A stretch of DNA of 64,000 bases from an uncultured Bacteroidales bacterium. Lineage in GTDB: Bacteria; Bacteroidota; Bacteroidia; Bacteroidales; WCHB1-69. The position numbers were made by a program, and so were the translations under genes. This document shows, in pieces, positions 9,519 through 20,083 of the stretch. Where the stretch lies: contig CALECM010000073.1 of the NCBI GenBank assembly GCA_937949745.1, positions 21,086 to 85,085 of the forward strand, in the 5' to 3' direction. The first letter of the stretch is position 1; every line of letters begins with the position of its first letter. The notes below the pieces were generated by a model. The model saw only the letters and a list, made by a program, of their open reading frames with translations, was not told the origin of the DNA and ran no database searches.

Positions 9519-10262
9519 ATGTCTATCAGTGTAACCCATGTTTCAAAAGTATATGGTAAACAATTTGCCCTCAACAATGTTAGCTTCGAAGTAAAAAAAG
9601 GGGAGATTGTAGGATTCCTCGGTCCTAACGGCGCCGGTAAGTCCACCATGATGAAGATCATAACCTGCTACATTCCGCCTACTGAGGGAGATGTTTCCGT
9701 TTGTGGCCTGGATATTTGGAACGATTCACTGGAATTAAGGAAAAAGATAGGTTATCTTTCGGAGGCCAATCCGCTTTATCCGGATATGTATGTTGCGGAA
9801 TTCCTGGAGTTTATCGCAGGCGTACACAAAATTAAAAATAAGAAGGAAGCAGTAGCCAGGGTTATCCGCATGACCAACCTGGAATTGGAACAACGGAAAA
9901 AGATCCATGCTCTTTCCCGTGGTTATCGCCAACGTGTAGGATTGGCTCAGGCCCTGATTCATGATCCGGAAGTGCTGATTCTGGATGAACCGACTACAGG
10001 ATTGGATCCCAATCAGTTAGTAGAGATCAGGGATTTGATCAAAGAGTGCGGGAAAAGCAAAACCGTTATGTTGTCGACGCATATTATGCAGGAAGTGGAA
10101 GCGGTTTGCGACCGGGTCATCATTATTAACCGGGGGAATATCGTCATCGATGCCGGGATCGGTGAATTACCCGAAGTCGCACAAAAAATGGGTCTTTTGC
10201 CAAAGAATACCGATACGGGCGCGCTGAAAATGGAGCAGATATTCCATGCCCTAACCCGTTAA
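9519..10262 (+). CDS. ABC transporter ATP-binding protein (GldA-like, no adjacent permease)
   Basis: 247 aa with Walker A GPNGAGKST, signature LSRGYRQRV and Walker B LILDEPT. The N-terminus resembles gliding-motility GldA-type ATPases. TAnnTTTG box at 9494-9501. Confidence 0.8.
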   Translation: MSISVTHVSKVYGKQFALNNVSFEVKKGEIVGFLGPNGAGKSTMMKIITCYIPPTEGDVSVCGLDIWNDSLELRKKIGYLSEANPLYPDMYVAEFLEFIAGVHKIKNKKEAVARVIRMTNLELEQRKKIHALSRGYRQRVGLAQALIHDPEVLILDEPTTGLDPNQLVEIRDLIKECGKSKTVMLSTHIMQEVEAVCDRVIIINRGNIVIDAGIGELPEVAQKMGLLPKNTDTGALKMEQIFHALTR

Positions 10263-10293
10263 ATCATCCGATAATAAATAAGTATAAGGAAAT

Positions 10294-12183
10294 CTATCCG
10301 TTCATCGAAGCCAGGAAGTCTTCATTGGTTTTGGAAAAACGCATCCGGTCTTTGATGAATTCCATCGCTTCCACGGTGGTCATATCCGAAAGGTGATTCC
10401 TGAGTAACCATACTTTCTGAAGGGTTTCGGGATTTTGCAGAAGATCATCGCGACGTGTACTGGAAGAAACGATATCCACAGCAGGATAAATACGTTTGTT
10501 GGATAATTTGCGGTCTAATTGCAATTCCATATTTCCGGTACCTTTAAACTCTTCGAAAATCACTTCATCCATCCTTGAACCGGTATCGATCAGGGCCGTG
10601 GAGATAATCGTCAATGAACCCCCGTTTTCAATATTACGGGCTGCTCCGAAGAAACGTTTGGGCTTTTGTAATGCGTTGGCTTCCACACCTCCCGATAACA
10701 CTTTACCTGAAGCCGGCGCAATAGTATTGAAAGCTCTGGCGAGACGGGTTATGGAATCCAGAAGGATACAAACATCCTGTCCGCATTCTACCATTCTTTT
10801 GGCTTTTTCCAATACGACGTTGGCTATTTTCACGTGACGTTCAGCGGGTTCGTCGAAAGTGGATGAGATCACTTCCGCTTTTACGCTTTTCTGCATATCC
10901 GTCACTTCTTCAGGGCGTTCGTCTATTAAGAGGATAATAAGATAAATTTCAGGATGGTTATAGGAAATAGCATTGGCTATTTCTTTCAACAGTACGGTTT
11001 TTCCAGTTTTAGGTTGTGCTACGATCAATCCGCGCTGTCCTTTTCCGATGGGCGCGAAAAGGTCGATCACCCGGGTACAGATATTATCTCCGGGATGGCC
11101 GGTCAGTTTTATTTTCTGATCAGGAAACATAGGAGTTAAATAATCGAAAGGCACACGATCCCTGATTTCGGCCGGGTCACGTCCGTTGATCTTTTCGATT
11201 TTCGTAAGCGGAAAGAATTTCTCGCCTTCTTTCGGAGGCCTGATGGTTCCTAAAATAGTATCGCCGCTTTTCAATCCGAAAAGTTTGATTTGCGACATCG
11301 AAACGTAAATATCATCGGGCGATGTAAGGTAATTATAATCCGACGACCTTAAAAATCCGCATGTATCATTGGTGATCTCCAATACTCCTTCCGCTGATAC
11401 GGAGCCGTCAAAATTGGCTTGCGCCACCATATTCCATAATGATTCCGTCGCTTCCGTATTTTCTTCCTGTTTAACCGTACTTACTTCCTGCTTAACCGGT
11501 CTTGAAACAATATTTTCCTGAATAAGGTCTTCGGGAAGAGTATCGATGTCCGTAATTATTTCCGTAATGGAGGAAGGTTCTCCGTCTATTTGTATATCCT
11601 GCGTTTCCACCGTTTTCACAACTTCCTTTTCTTTCGCAAGTTCTTCAAAAGTAAAATCGTCCAGAAGAATGTCGTTCATGGTCTCGAAATCGACTTTCGG
11701 GGTTGCGTAATCATCTTCTTTGAGTATAACCGGATCGTCGAACAGGATTTCCGGAAAATCATCAAGGCTTTTCCTGGTTTCCGTCACCACCTCGTAAGTT
11801 TCCCGGGTTTGTTTTTTATTTTTATATACGGATTTTCCTTTCTTTTTACCAGCACTGTATTGTTGGTCTGTTGCGGAAACCATTTCTTCGGTATCGGTTC
11901 CCTTTTTGTTTTTACGTTTTGGTCTGGAGTTTTCTTCCGTAGGCATCGGATTGGCAAATACAACGGGATCCGTATCTGATGTCTGTTCGTCTATGATATC
12001 GGGAAGAACTTCCATGTCGGTATGGAAAAGGCTTTCTGCTTTTTTTGTAGCGGAAATACCGTTTTTTTCGCCGTTAGCGATAATTCCTGAAGTAATTTTC
12101 TTTTCGTTTGAAGTAGCAATAGGAGATTTCTCAGATATAGCAATACGCTTTCTTTTAGGTTTTTTTTCTGAAGAGTCTAACAT
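10294..12183 (-). CDS. rho: Transcription termination factor Rho with ~260-aa low-complexity N-terminal extension
   Basis: The C-terminal 370 aa is canonical Rho: a CSD-like RNA-binding region ([15 protein letters not shown]), Walker [16 protein letters not shown] and LIDERPEEV. The N-terminal region is K/E/T/S-rich with no recognisable fold. Confidence 0.95.
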   Translation of the reverse strand: MLDSSEKKPKRKRIAISEKSPIATSNEKKITSGIIANGEKNGISATKKAESLFHTDMEVLPDIIDEQTSDTDPVVFANPMPTEENSRPKRKNKKGTDTEEMVSATDQQYSAGKKKGKSVYKNKKQTRETYEVVTETRKSLDDFPEILFDDPVILKEDDYATPKVDFETMNDILLDDFTFEELAKEKEVVKTVETQDIQIDGEPSSITEIITDIDTLPEDLIQENIVSRPVKQEVSTVKQEENTEATESLWNMVAQANFDGSVSAEGVLEITNDTCGFLRSSDYNYLTSPDDIYVSMSQIKLFGLKSGDTILGTIRPPKEGEKFFPLTKIEKINGRDPAEIRDRVPFDYLTPMFPDQKIKLTGHPGDNICTRVIDLFAPIGKGQRGLIVAQPKTGKTVLLKEIANAISYNHPEIYLIILLIDERPEEVTDMQKSVKAEVISSTFDEPAERHVKIANVVLEKAKRMVECGQDVCILLDSITRLARAFNTIAPASGKVLSGGVEANALQKPKRFFGAARNIENGGSLTIISTALIDTGSRMDEVIFEEFKGTGNMELQLDRKLSNKRIYPAVDIVSSSTRRDDLLQNPETLQKVWLLRNHLSDMTTVEAMEFIKDRMRFSKTNEDFLASMNG

Positions 12184-12306
12184 AATTAAGGTTAAATGTT
12201 AATAGTAACGAAGTTTATAAGAAACTTTAATAATAAAATAAAAAATACAATTAATCTGAAAATTATTTTATCTTATAAATAACGCGATGAAGATATAATC
12301 GCGATG

Positions 12307-12314
12307 CAAAAATA
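12307..12314 (-). promoter_or_regulatory. TAnnTTTG -7 box for rho (long ~120-nt leader)
   Basis: The minus strand reads tatttttg. The leader contains a small hairpin GCGAT-gaagatata-ATCGC and a CGCGATG direct repeat. Confidence 0.4.
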
Positions 12315-12350
12315 CAATATTTTTTAAATAACGAAACTTATTATAAGAAA

Positions 12351-13244
12351 TTATTTTCCGAAAATGTGATCGCTCATCACAATTCTCAGGTATCCCCCGT
12401 AATTAAAAGCCAGGTCGGTATAGGGTTTCAGATTTATACTACTTGCGGATACATAGAAAACAGGGTCAATGGATATATATTTGTTGAAAACGATCTTTAA
12501 TCCCGCCGCTAATGAAAATCCGTAGCCGGGGCCTCCGAATTTGGTATTGTATTTTTGCATATCGACACCGGGAATATAGTTCGCCCCGTTATAATAATCC
12601 AGTAAAGTAAATTGCCGTTCTTCCTCGATTAGAGCGAAGAACTTTTTGACATCCACAAAATTGAATTGCACACCCAGTTCCAGATATGGCTTTATCATAT
12701 GGTGAGGATGAAATAAATAGGAAACGGCCAGGTCGAAAACAGAACGGTTTTCCTTGGCTATGAGATGTTGCGGGAAATAATTGTTACGCATATTGCCCGG
12801 AGGCGCGTTATATTTCAGCGTAAATACATCGGTGGCCGATAATCGTGTAAAAGAATAGGTAAGACTTATGGCCCAGTTCTTATTAAACTTATAACGCAAA
12901 CCCAGGGCGATGGAGAGGCTTACCGAATATTTCATATCTTCCGGCAATTGGTCAAGATAAACAGAGTCCGTTACATAAGGATGTTTATCGACGATGATTT
13001 TATAAATTTCGTCGTACCAATATTTATTTCCTAATACATAATTGATATTATTGGTATTTTCGGGACTTCCGTTATAATAGGACGCGTTATATTTGTTTCC
13101 GAAATAAGCACCTGCGCCTATCAAAAATTCAAAACCTTTATCAAGCAAACTGCTGTCGGTAACGGGAAGAGCGGGATATTGCTGCCCTTTCACCTCACCA
13201 AAAATGATACTTAAGAATACCAAAATAACAACTGTTTTTTTCAT
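12351..13244 (-). CDS. Hypothetical secreted, probably outer-membrane beta-barrel, protein
   Basis: 297 aa with signal peptide MKKTVVILVFLSIIFGEVKGQ and an aromatic/Gly-rich alternating pattern. It lies immediately downstream of lpdA on the same strand. Confidence 0.45.
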   Translation of the reverse strand: MKKTVVILVFLSIIFGEVKGQQYPALPVTDSSLLDKGFEFLIGAGAYFGNKYNASYYNGSPENTNNINYVLGNKYWYDEIYKIIVDKHPYVTDSVYLDQLPEDMKYSVSLSIALGLRYKFNKNWAISLTYSFTRLSATDVFTLKYNAPPGNMRNNYFPQHLIAKENRSVFDLAVSYLFHPHHMIKPYLELGVQFNFVDVKKFFALIEEERQFTLLDYYNGANYIPGVDMQKYNTKFGGPGYGFSLAAGLKIVFNKYISIDPVFYVSASSINLKPYTDLAFNYGGYLRIVMSDHIFGK

Positions 13245-13255
13245 TCCTTTCAGGA

Positions 13256-14650
13256 TTATAAATGGATTACTTCCCCGTATGCCGCTGCCGCCGCCTCCAT
13301 AATCGCCTCTGACAATGTAGGGTGAGGAAAAACGGAATGGATAAGGTCGTGGCCCGTCGTTTTCTTAGCCCTTGCAACTACCGCTCCGCCGATCATTTCC
13401 GTTACATTCTCCCCGATCAGGTGGCATCCCAGCCATTCGCCGGTTTGTTTGTCGAATATTACTTTAGCCATCCCGTCCCTCTGTCCGGAAGCGGTTGCCT
13501 TACCGGATGCCGTGAAGGGGAATTTTCCTACCAGGATTTCTTTACCGGCTTCAAGACATGCTTTTTCCGTCATCCCCACAGACGCGATTTCAGGAGAAGT
13601 ATAGGTACATCCCGGAATATTGCCGTAATCGACGGGAGGAGTGCCCAGTCCGGCTATATTTTCCACGCATACCAACGCTTCGTGTGAGGCTACATGAGCC
13701 AATGCGGGACCATGGACTATATCGCCGATGGCGTAAATCCCTTCACAATTGGTTCTGTAAAAATGGTCGACTTTGATTTTATTACGATCCGTAGCAACTC
13801 CATATTCATCCAGTCCGATTCCTTCAATGTTAGGCATGACGCCTACTGCCGACAACACAACCTCGCATTCGATCTCCGAGATCTTGTCTTTGGCATCCTT
13901 AACAGTAACTTTACATAACGGTCCGGACGTATCAACCTTCTCTACGGAGGCGGAAGCCATGACCTTAATCCCCGCTTTGCGCAACGACCTGTCCAGATGT
14001 TTGGCGATCTCCTCATCTTCCGCGGGAACCACATTCTGCATATATTCCACCAGAGTAACCTTACATCCCAGGGAACCGTAGAAATAAGCGAATTCACTGC
14101 CGATAGCGCCGGAACCCATCACCACCATTGACTGCGGCAGCGCAGGTAAAGTAAGCGCTTCCCGGTAGCCTATGATTTTTGTGCCGTCCTGGGGAATATG
14201 CGGTAATTGTCTGGAACGTGCTCCCGTAGCCAGAATAATATGGTCGGCTTCATAAACGGAGATTGCTCCTTCGTTACCGGTCACTTCTACTTTCTTTTCC
14301 TTGAGTATTTTTCCGAATCCGGTAATCACGTCCACATTATTTTTCTTTAAAAGGAATTGTACCCCTTTACTCATCGTATCTGCTACGGTGCGGCTTCTTT
14401 TTACAATAGCTTCGAAATCGGGTTTTACTTCCCCTTCGATCTTAATGCCGTATTCCGGCGCATGTTTTGCGTATTTGTATACCTGAGCTGATTTAAGCAG
14501 GGCTTTCGTAGGAATACAACCCCAGTTCAAACAAATTCCTCCCACTTCCGCCTTTTCCACCACCGCTGTTTTCAGGTTGAGCTGACTGGCCCGGATTGCG
14601 GCTACATAACCGCCGGGTCCGCTGCCTATTACTATTACATCATATTTCAT
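13256..14650 (-). CDS. lpdA: Dihydrolipoyl dehydrogenase
   Basis: 464 aa with FAD motif VIGSGPGGY, redox-active disulfide GGICLNWGCIPTK and C-terminal HPTLSE. Confidence 0.9.
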   Translation of the reverse strand: MKYDVIVIGSGPGGYVAAIRASQLNLKTAVVEKAEVGGICLNWGCIPTKALLKSAQVYKYAKHAPEYGIKIEGEVKPDFEAIVKRSRTVADTMSKGVQFLLKKNNVDVITGFGKILKEKKVEVTGNEGAISVYEADHIILATGARSRQLPHIPQDGTKIIGYREALTLPALPQSMVVMGSGAIGSEFAYFYGSLGCKVTLVEYMQNVVPAEDEEIAKHLDRSLRKAGIKVMASASVEKVDTSGPLCKVTVKDAKDKISEIECEVVLSAVGVMPNIEGIGLDEYGVATDRNKIKVDHFYRTNCEGIYAIGDIVHGPALAHVASHEALVCVENIAGLGTPPVDYGNIPGCTYTSPEIASVGMTEKACLEAGKEILVGKFPFTASGKATASGQRDGMAKVIFDKQTGEWLGCHLIGENVTEMIGGAVVARAKKTTGHDLIHSVFPHPTLSEAIMEAAAAAYGEVIHL

Positions 14651-14871
14651 TATAATCAGTTTTATTTTCTTATCAATTAGTAGTAAAACAAGTGAAATTA
14701 AATATGAAAATCCGTAAAATCCCGTTTCATATTAATTCCGGCATTATATTGTTTTAAACCCGGATATTTCATTAGAATTCCAAATGGTAAATTGATAATT
14801 TTTTGTATTTTTGGACTCCATTTCCGGACCATAATTCCCGGCAAAATTAAACATAAATAAAATAATAACCA

Positions 14872-16014
14872 ATGAACGGTTTTGATAAAATGAACAGCAA
14901 ATTTGATGTGATTAATAAAATTATTGATACTCTGAAACTTATAAATAATGTAGAGGCCATTACCATCCTTGATAAAGACATTATTTTACAACAACTCCGT
15001 GAAGCTTATATCGCTGTACTGGAAATGGATACGGAAATAACCTGCCCTTCGTGCGATGAAGGGTCCCATGAAACCGGAAAGCCGGTCCTGACGGAGGAAA
15101 CCCAATCTGTACCGGAAACAGCCGTTCAGGAATCCGAGAATCCCCCAGAGGTAACGCAACCGGAAATTGCAGAAGTGGAGATCCCCTCTGTTGCCGGACC
15201 GGAACACGTTGAAGAAGAAGTGACGGTAAGAGAGACTATCGAAGTTTCTTTCACATCGGAAATTACAAATGTTATACCGGAAGAAATACCGGTAACCGAA
15301 GAACCTGAAGTTATGGCGGATCCCATTCCGGACATAAAAGAACCGGAATTATTTGCCGATGACGAACCTGCAGAAATAGTAGAAAAGCCTTCGATACAAT
15401 CGGCGGTCCATACCATACCGGTTCCGGAATTAAGTTTTTCTTCCCAAAACCAGGAGCAGGAATTCGAAGGGAATGAAGATATTCTTCATTTTATATCTTC
15501 CGGCACTAAACCTGCGTCCCGACAGGAGCCTGAAAAAAAAGAGGAATCCGTTCCGGTAGCGGATTCAACGGAAGTTCCATCGCCCGGTCCTGTTACAACG
15601 GAGATTCCCCAGGGAAAAAATCCGGAAGTGGTTACCCCGCAGGAGCCTGAAATTAAAATCGACCAGGTTTATCATGCGGAGGTTACGGTCGAGACGACTA
15701 CTTCTACCCAGAAAAGATCTCTGAATGACCTCCTGACCGAGAAAAAAGAAGATAATTCTTTAAATACTAAATTCCAGAATGCTAAAATCGTGGATCTTAC
15801 CAAGTCTATTTCTATCAACGATAAATTTTTATTTATCAAAGAATTATTCAGGAACAGGGGAGAAGAATTCAGTCAGTCTATCCAGGCGCTCAATAATTGC
15901 CGGGATATAGAAGAAGCTTTCGGAGTGATGGAAAAATTGAAAAAGCATTATTTTTGGGATTCTACCTCGCCGGCTTATCTGGCTTTATGTGATTTGGTAA
16001 GAAGAAAGTTTTAG
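14872..16014 (+). CDS. Hypothetical protein with a long acidic Glu/Pro/Val/Thr-rich middle region and a conserved-looking C-terminal domain
   Basis: 380 aa. Residues ~60-270 are E/P/T/V-rich low complexity, while the last ~100 aa look globular (LFIKELFRNRGEEFSQSIQALNNC...). TAnnTTTG box at 14806-14813. Confidence 0.5.
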   Translation: MNGFDKMNSKFDVINKIIDTLKLINNVEAITILDKDIILQQLREAYIAVLEMDTEITCPSCDEGSHETGKPVLTEETQSVPETAVQESENPPEVTQPEIAEVEIPSVAGPEHVEEEVTVRETIEVSFTSEITNVIPEEIPVTEEPEVMADPIPDIKEPELFADDEPAEIVEKPSIQSAVHTIPVPELSFSSQNQEQEFEGNEDILHFISSGTKPASRQEPEKKEESVPVADSTEVPSPGPVTTEIPQGKNPEVVTPQEPEIKIDQVYHAEVTVETTTSTQKRSLNDLLTEKKEDNSLNTKFQNAKIVDLTKSISINDKFLFIKELFRNRGEEFSQSIQALNNCRDIEEAFGVMEKLKKHYFWDSTSPAYLALCDLVRRKF

Positions 16015-16017
16015 CAG

Positions 16018-16485
16018 ATGAATATATCGGAAGATACACTTCTGGAAATAAAAAGAAAGCTTGTCGATCTGGCATTGTCCCATCAGCAAAAAGCTTCCGA
16101 AACGGCACAGGCGTTAATGAATGAAGCCCAGCAGATGGCTAATGACTACGGCGCCCCGAAAGATCGTTATGACGCTTTCCGTACCAAACAAATGCGCCAG
16201 GCGGAAATCTATTCCAATCAGTTCGATGTGGCCCAGCAAAATATCCGTACCCTCAATAAGATCGAATTGGATAAAGTGTCCCGTCAGGTCGAATTCGGAA
16301 GCCTGGTAATCACCGATCGCCAGAAAATGCTGGTAAGCATCAGTCTGGGTAAATTGGAACTGGACCGGGAATTATATTATGCCATATCGGTACAGGTCCC
16401 TCTTTTTAAAGTGATGGAGGGGAAAAAGATAGGTGAAGAATTTACGTTTAACGGGCTCACCCAGAAAATTACGGCTCTGATTTAA
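16018..16485 (+). CDS. Small protein with GreA/GreB C-terminal-like domain (tentative)
   Basis: 155 aa with a coiled-coil N-terminus. The C-terminus (FGSLVITDRQKMLVSISLG...PLFKVMEGKKIGEEFTFNG) resembles the GreA C-terminal fold. The start is 4 nt after the preceding stop. Confidence 0.4.
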   Translation: MNISEDTLLEIKRKLVDLALSHQQKASETAQALMNEAQQMANDYGAPKDRYDAFRTKQMRQAEIYSNQFDVAQQNIRTLNKIELDKVSRQVEFGSLVITDRQKMLVSISLGKLELDRELYYAISVQVPLFKVMEGKKIGEEFTFNGLTQKITALI

Positions 16486-16543
16486 AATTAGCCGGAACAT
16501 TACCATTACATTTTTGAACTAAATAACTAATATAATATAAATT

Positions 16544-17740
16544 ATGAAAAGATTATCAGCAATTCTATTATCCTTTGTATTGATATTCTGTATCAATTTA
16601 CAGGGGAATGCCCAAAACGACGGGTATCAGTTCACAACTATCAAAGAAAATCCGTATACGTCGGTAAAAAACCAGAACCGGTCCAGTACATGCTGGAGTT
16701 TTTCGGGTATCGGGTTTCTTGAGACCGAGCTTTTGCGCCTCGGCAAGGGTGAATATGATCTTTCGGATATGTGGGTCGTGAATAAAACGTATAACGATAA
16801 AGCGGATATGTATGTCCGGATGCACGGAGAACACGCTTTTGGTCCGGGAGGCGGTTTTTGTGATGTGACCAGCGTAATCAGGAAATACGGTATAGTACCG
16901 GAAGAAATCTATGACGGGAACAATTACGGGGAAACCCTTCCGATCCACGGGGAATTGGATGCCGTGTTGCAAGCTTACCTCGAGGCTATCGTGAAAAATC
17001 CCAATAGGAAATTATCTCCCGCATGGAAAAACGGATATAATGCATTGGTGGAAACTTATCTGGGCAAGACTCCGGAAAATTTCACTTATCAGGGAAATCA
17101 ATACACACCTCTTTCTTATGCCGCTTCATTAGGATTAAATATGGATGATTATGTAAGTATTACTTCTTATACCCACCATCCGTTTTATACACAATTCGCC
17201 CTGGAAATTCCCGACAACTGGGCTATGGCTCTTTCTTATAACCTTCCTTTGGATGAAATGATGGAAGTAATGCATTATGCGGTGGATAACGGTTATTGTA
17301 TCGCCTGGGGAAGCGACGTAAGCGATAAAGGTTTCAACTGGCGCAAGGGCGTGGCTATTATGCCGGAGAAAGATTTTACTTCGGAAGACGGATCCGACCG
17401 GGCAAGATGGGAAAAATTATCCCAAAACGAAAAAGAACAGGAACTTTATAATTTCAATAAACCCGGAAAAGAAAAGATAATTACGCAGGAGATCAGGCAG
17501 GAAGGGTTTGATAACTATACTACCACCGACGACCATGGGATGGTGATCGTGGGAAAAGCGAAAGACCAGGCCGGTAACCCTTATTTTATCGTGAAAAATT
17601 CTTGGGGAACTGCTCCAACAAATCCTTATAACGGGATGTTTTATGCTTCGGAACCTTTTGTCCGGATGCAGACCATTAATTTTATGATCCATAAAGATGC
17701 CATACCCAAACATCTCAAGAAAAAATTGAATATTAAATAA
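16544..17740 (+). CDS. C1-family cysteine peptidase (aminopeptidase C/bleomycin hydrolase-like) with signal peptide
   Basis: 398 aa. Catalytic Cys context NQNRSSTCWSFSG, His context DHGMVIVG and Asn/Trp context VKNSWG. Confidence 0.8.
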   Translation: MKRLSAILLSFVLIFCINLQGNAQNDGYQFTTIKENPYTSVKNQNRSSTCWSFSGIGFLETELLRLGKGEYDLSDMWVVNKTYNDKADMYVRMHGEHAFGPGGGFCDVTSVIRKYGIVPEEIYDGNNYGETLPIHGELDAVLQAYLEAIVKNPNRKLSPAWKNGYNALVETYLGKTPENFTYQGNQYTPLSYAASLGLNMDDYVSITSYTHHPFYTQFALEIPDNWAMALSYNLPLDEMMEVMHYAVDNGYCIAWGSDVSDKGFNWRKGVAIMPEKDFTSEDGSDRARWEKLSQNEKEQELYNFNKPGKEKIITQEIRQEGFDNYTTTDDHGMVIVGKAKDQAGNPYFIVKNSWGTAPTNPYNGMFYASEPFVRMQTINFMIHKDAIPKHLKKKLNIK

Positions 17741-17755
17741 TCTATAATAATAGTT

Positions 17756-18970
17756 ATGATGAAAGCCAAATTGTTAGAACGTTTTTCCAAATATATTTCT
17801 TTCCCTACTACTTCGGACGAGAATTCGGAAACTTATCCCAGTACTCCCGGGCAACTGGTGATCGGGGATTATCTGGTTGATGAATTGAAAAGAATAGGCC
17901 TGGCAGATGTGGAAAAAGACCGGTACGGATACGTTACCGGTACATTGCCGGCTAATACCGATGAAAAACAACCGGTAATCGGTTTTATCGCCCATTTCGA
18001 TACGGCTCCCGATATGCCGGGTATCTCCACTCCGCGGGTAATCGAGAATTATGACGGTAAAGATATTATGTTGGATGTCGAAACCAACACAGCCCTTACG
18101 TTGGCCGATTTTCCGGAACTTGGAGATTATAAGGGACAGACTTTACTGGTAACGGATGGTAAGGGATTACTGGGCGCCGACGATAAAGCCGGTATTGCCG
18201 AGATTATTTGCGCCATGGAATATTTGGTGCAACATCCTGAGATCAAACATGGTACGATAAAAGTGGGATTTACTCCGGATGAAGAGATCGGGAAAGGTGT
18301 CATTCATTTTGATGTGGCTAAATTCGGTTGTGACTTCGCCTATACGATGGATGGCGGAGCGATCGGCGAACTGGAATATGAAAATTTTAATGCGGCTTCG
18401 GCAGTAATACAGATTCAGGGAAGGAATATCCATCCCGGTTATGCTAAAAATAAAATGGTCAATTCCCAGTTGATCGCCATGGAATTTAACGCCATGCTTC
18501 CGGAATTTGAAAAGCCCCAGTACACACAGGATTACGAAGGATTTTTCCTTTTAACCAAAATGGAAGGAACTGTTGAAAACAGCACGTTGAATTATATTAT
18601 CCGCGACCACGACCGTGACCGTTTCGAAAATAAAAAAGAGCTGATCACACGTGTGGTGGATTTTCTCAACAGTAAATATGGAGACAGGCTTACTTGTGAG
18701 ATTAAAGATCAGTATTTCAATATGAAAGAGAAAGTGGAACCTGTCTTCTATGTGGTGACAAGAGCCATCAAAGCGATGGAAGAAGCCGGTGTGGAACCGG
18801 TCGTGGTGCCGATCAGGGGAGGTACGGACGGAGCTAACCTTTCTTTTAAAGGATTGCCATGTCCCAATATATTTGCCGGCGGACATAACTTCCACGGAAA
18901 ATACGAATATGTTCCGCTCGAATCTATGGTGAAAGCCGTAGAAGTGATTGTGAACATCGCCAGGGTATAA
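17756..18970 (+). CDS. pepT: Peptidase T (tripeptide aminopeptidase, M20B)
   Basis: 404 aa. N-terminus [28 protein letters not shown], then [29 protein letters not shown] and GGTDG. Confidence 0.9.
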   Translation: MMKAKLLERFSKYISFPTTSDENSETYPSTPGQLVIGDYLVDELKRIGLADVEKDRYGYVTGTLPANTDEKQPVIGFIAHFDTAPDMPGISTPRVIENYDGKDIMLDVETNTALTLADFPELGDYKGQTLLVTDGKGLLGADDKAGIAEIICAMEYLVQHPEIKHGTIKVGFTPDEEIGKGVIHFDVAKFGCDFAYTMDGGAIGELEYENFNAASAVIQIQGRNIHPGYAKNKMVNSQLIAMEFNAMLPEFEKPQYTQDYEGFFLLTKMEGTVENSTLNYIIRDHDRDRFENKKELITRVVDFLNSKYGDRLTCEIKDQYFNMKEKVEPVFYVVTRAIKAMEEAGVEPVVVPIRGGTDGANLSFKGLPCPNIFAGGHNFHGKYEYVPLESMVKAVEVIVNIARV

Positions 18971-19035
18971 GATTTGTTTTCAGCCATCAAGGAAAAGTTT
19001 ACAAAGGAATTTTAAAAAGACATAGATACTTTTTA

Positions 19036-19114
19036 TCATTCTTAGCGAAGCGAAGAATCTCATTCCTTTATAATATGGATTTTTTACGGACACTGAGTTA
19101 ATCGCAGTGTCCGT
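19036..19114 (+). repeat. Composite intergenic hairpin repeat, copy A (type-1 ATTCT/AGAAT hairpin plus type-2 ACGGACACT/AGTGTCCGT hairpin)
   Basis: tcATTCTtagcgaagcgaAGAATc at 19036-19059, and ACGGACACT-GAGTTAATCGC-AGTGTCCGT at 19086-19114. Confidence 0.85.
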
Positions 19115-19170
19115 TTGTCTTTCGCACAGTTATTAAATCCTATAACCTATGTCTTTTGAATTGAAAAAGC

Positions 19171-19178
19171 TATATTTG
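19171..19178 (+). promoter_or_regulatory. TAnnTTTG -7 box for OMP paralog 1
   Basis: tatatttg is followed by the conserved leader cccgaaatgtaaaaaaggttt. The same arrangement is duplicated at 20014-20021. Confidence 0.55.
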
Positions 19179-19244
19179 CATCCCGAAATGTAAAAAAGGT
19201 TTTGCCATTGATTATTCATATTTAAAAACTTAAAACTATTGAAA

Positions 19245-19808
19245 ATGAAAAAATTAGTAAAAATTGTATCGCTTTTATCTATCGCGATCTGTTTGACCGG
19301 AAATGCTGTTACGCATGCGCAATCGTCCTATAATCACAGCATCGGGGTTACAGTGGGAACATTTTATGGTCCTACCTATAAAACTTTTTTAATGGAGAAA
19401 ATGGCTTTACAGGTTGATTTGGGAGTTAAATTGAATACTGTATCCGATTGGCCGGGAGTAACATGGGATTTGGAACTGAATCCTAATCTTGTTTATCAAA
19501 GTAATATAGGAAATAGCGGACTATCATGGTTTGCCGGAGGCGGATTGAGCATTGGATACGCATTTGCCCGGACGCACAGAAATAACAGTTTTTATTTTGA
19601 TTTCGGTAAATTCGGCGCTAATGCTATCGGAGGACTTGAATATACATTATCATCGGTACCGTTATCACTTCAATTCGATTTTCGTCCGGGATACGGATTC
19701 TTATTCCACAGTGAAGTTGTTGACCTGCTTGGAGTAAGAACCAGGCTCAATATGACAGAGCATTATTTCGACTGGACTATCGGTTTAAGCGTCAGATACA
19801 CTTTCTAA
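19245..19808 (+). CDS. Small outer-membrane beta-barrel protein (8-strand OmpA/OmpW-like class), paralog 1
   Basis: Signal peptide ending THAQS, alternating beta-strand pattern and terminal RYTF. ATG at 19245 (the track start 19239 is TTG). TAnnTTTG box tatatttg at 19171-19178. Confidence 0.65.
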   Translation: MKKLVKIVSLLSIAICLTGNAVTHAQSSYNHSIGVTVGTFYGPTYKTFLMEKMALQVDLGVKLNTVSDWPGVTWDLELNPNLVYQSNIGNSGLSWFAGGGLSIGYAFARTHRNNSFYFDFGKFGANAIGGLEYTLSSVPLSLQFDFRPGYGFLFHSEVVDLLGVRTRLNMTEHYFDWTIGLSVRYTF

Positions 19809-19863
19809 GGTTACTTAATTTATTGTGTCCCATACGAATGACCAAAACGTAGATCTGCTTTCT

Positions 19864-19936
19864 GTCATTCTGAGCGAAATCTCTTTCCTGTATAATACGG
19901 ATTTTTTACGGACACTGAGTTTATCGAAGTGTCCGT
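19864..19936 (+). repeat. Composite intergenic hairpin repeat, copy B
   Basis: gtcattctgagcgaaatctc (a truncated type 1) at 19864-19883, and ACGGACACT-GAGTTTATCGA-AGTGTCCGT at 19908-19936. Confidence 0.85.
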
Positions 19937-20013
19937 TTATGATGATATAGGCTAAACTTTTCGCACATTTTCTTTTTATTATCTGATAGGTTATGTTTAA
20001 GAATAGAAACAAC

Positions 20014-20021
20014 TACATTTG
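20014..20021 (+). promoter_or_regulatory. TAnnTTTG -7 box for OMP paralog 2
   Basis: tacatttg is followed by the same conserved leader cccgaaatgtaaaaaaggttt. Confidence 0.55.
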
Positions 20022-20083
20022 CACCCCGAAATGTAAAAAAGGTTTACCACAGATATTCATATTTTATAAGTTAAGCTATTGAG

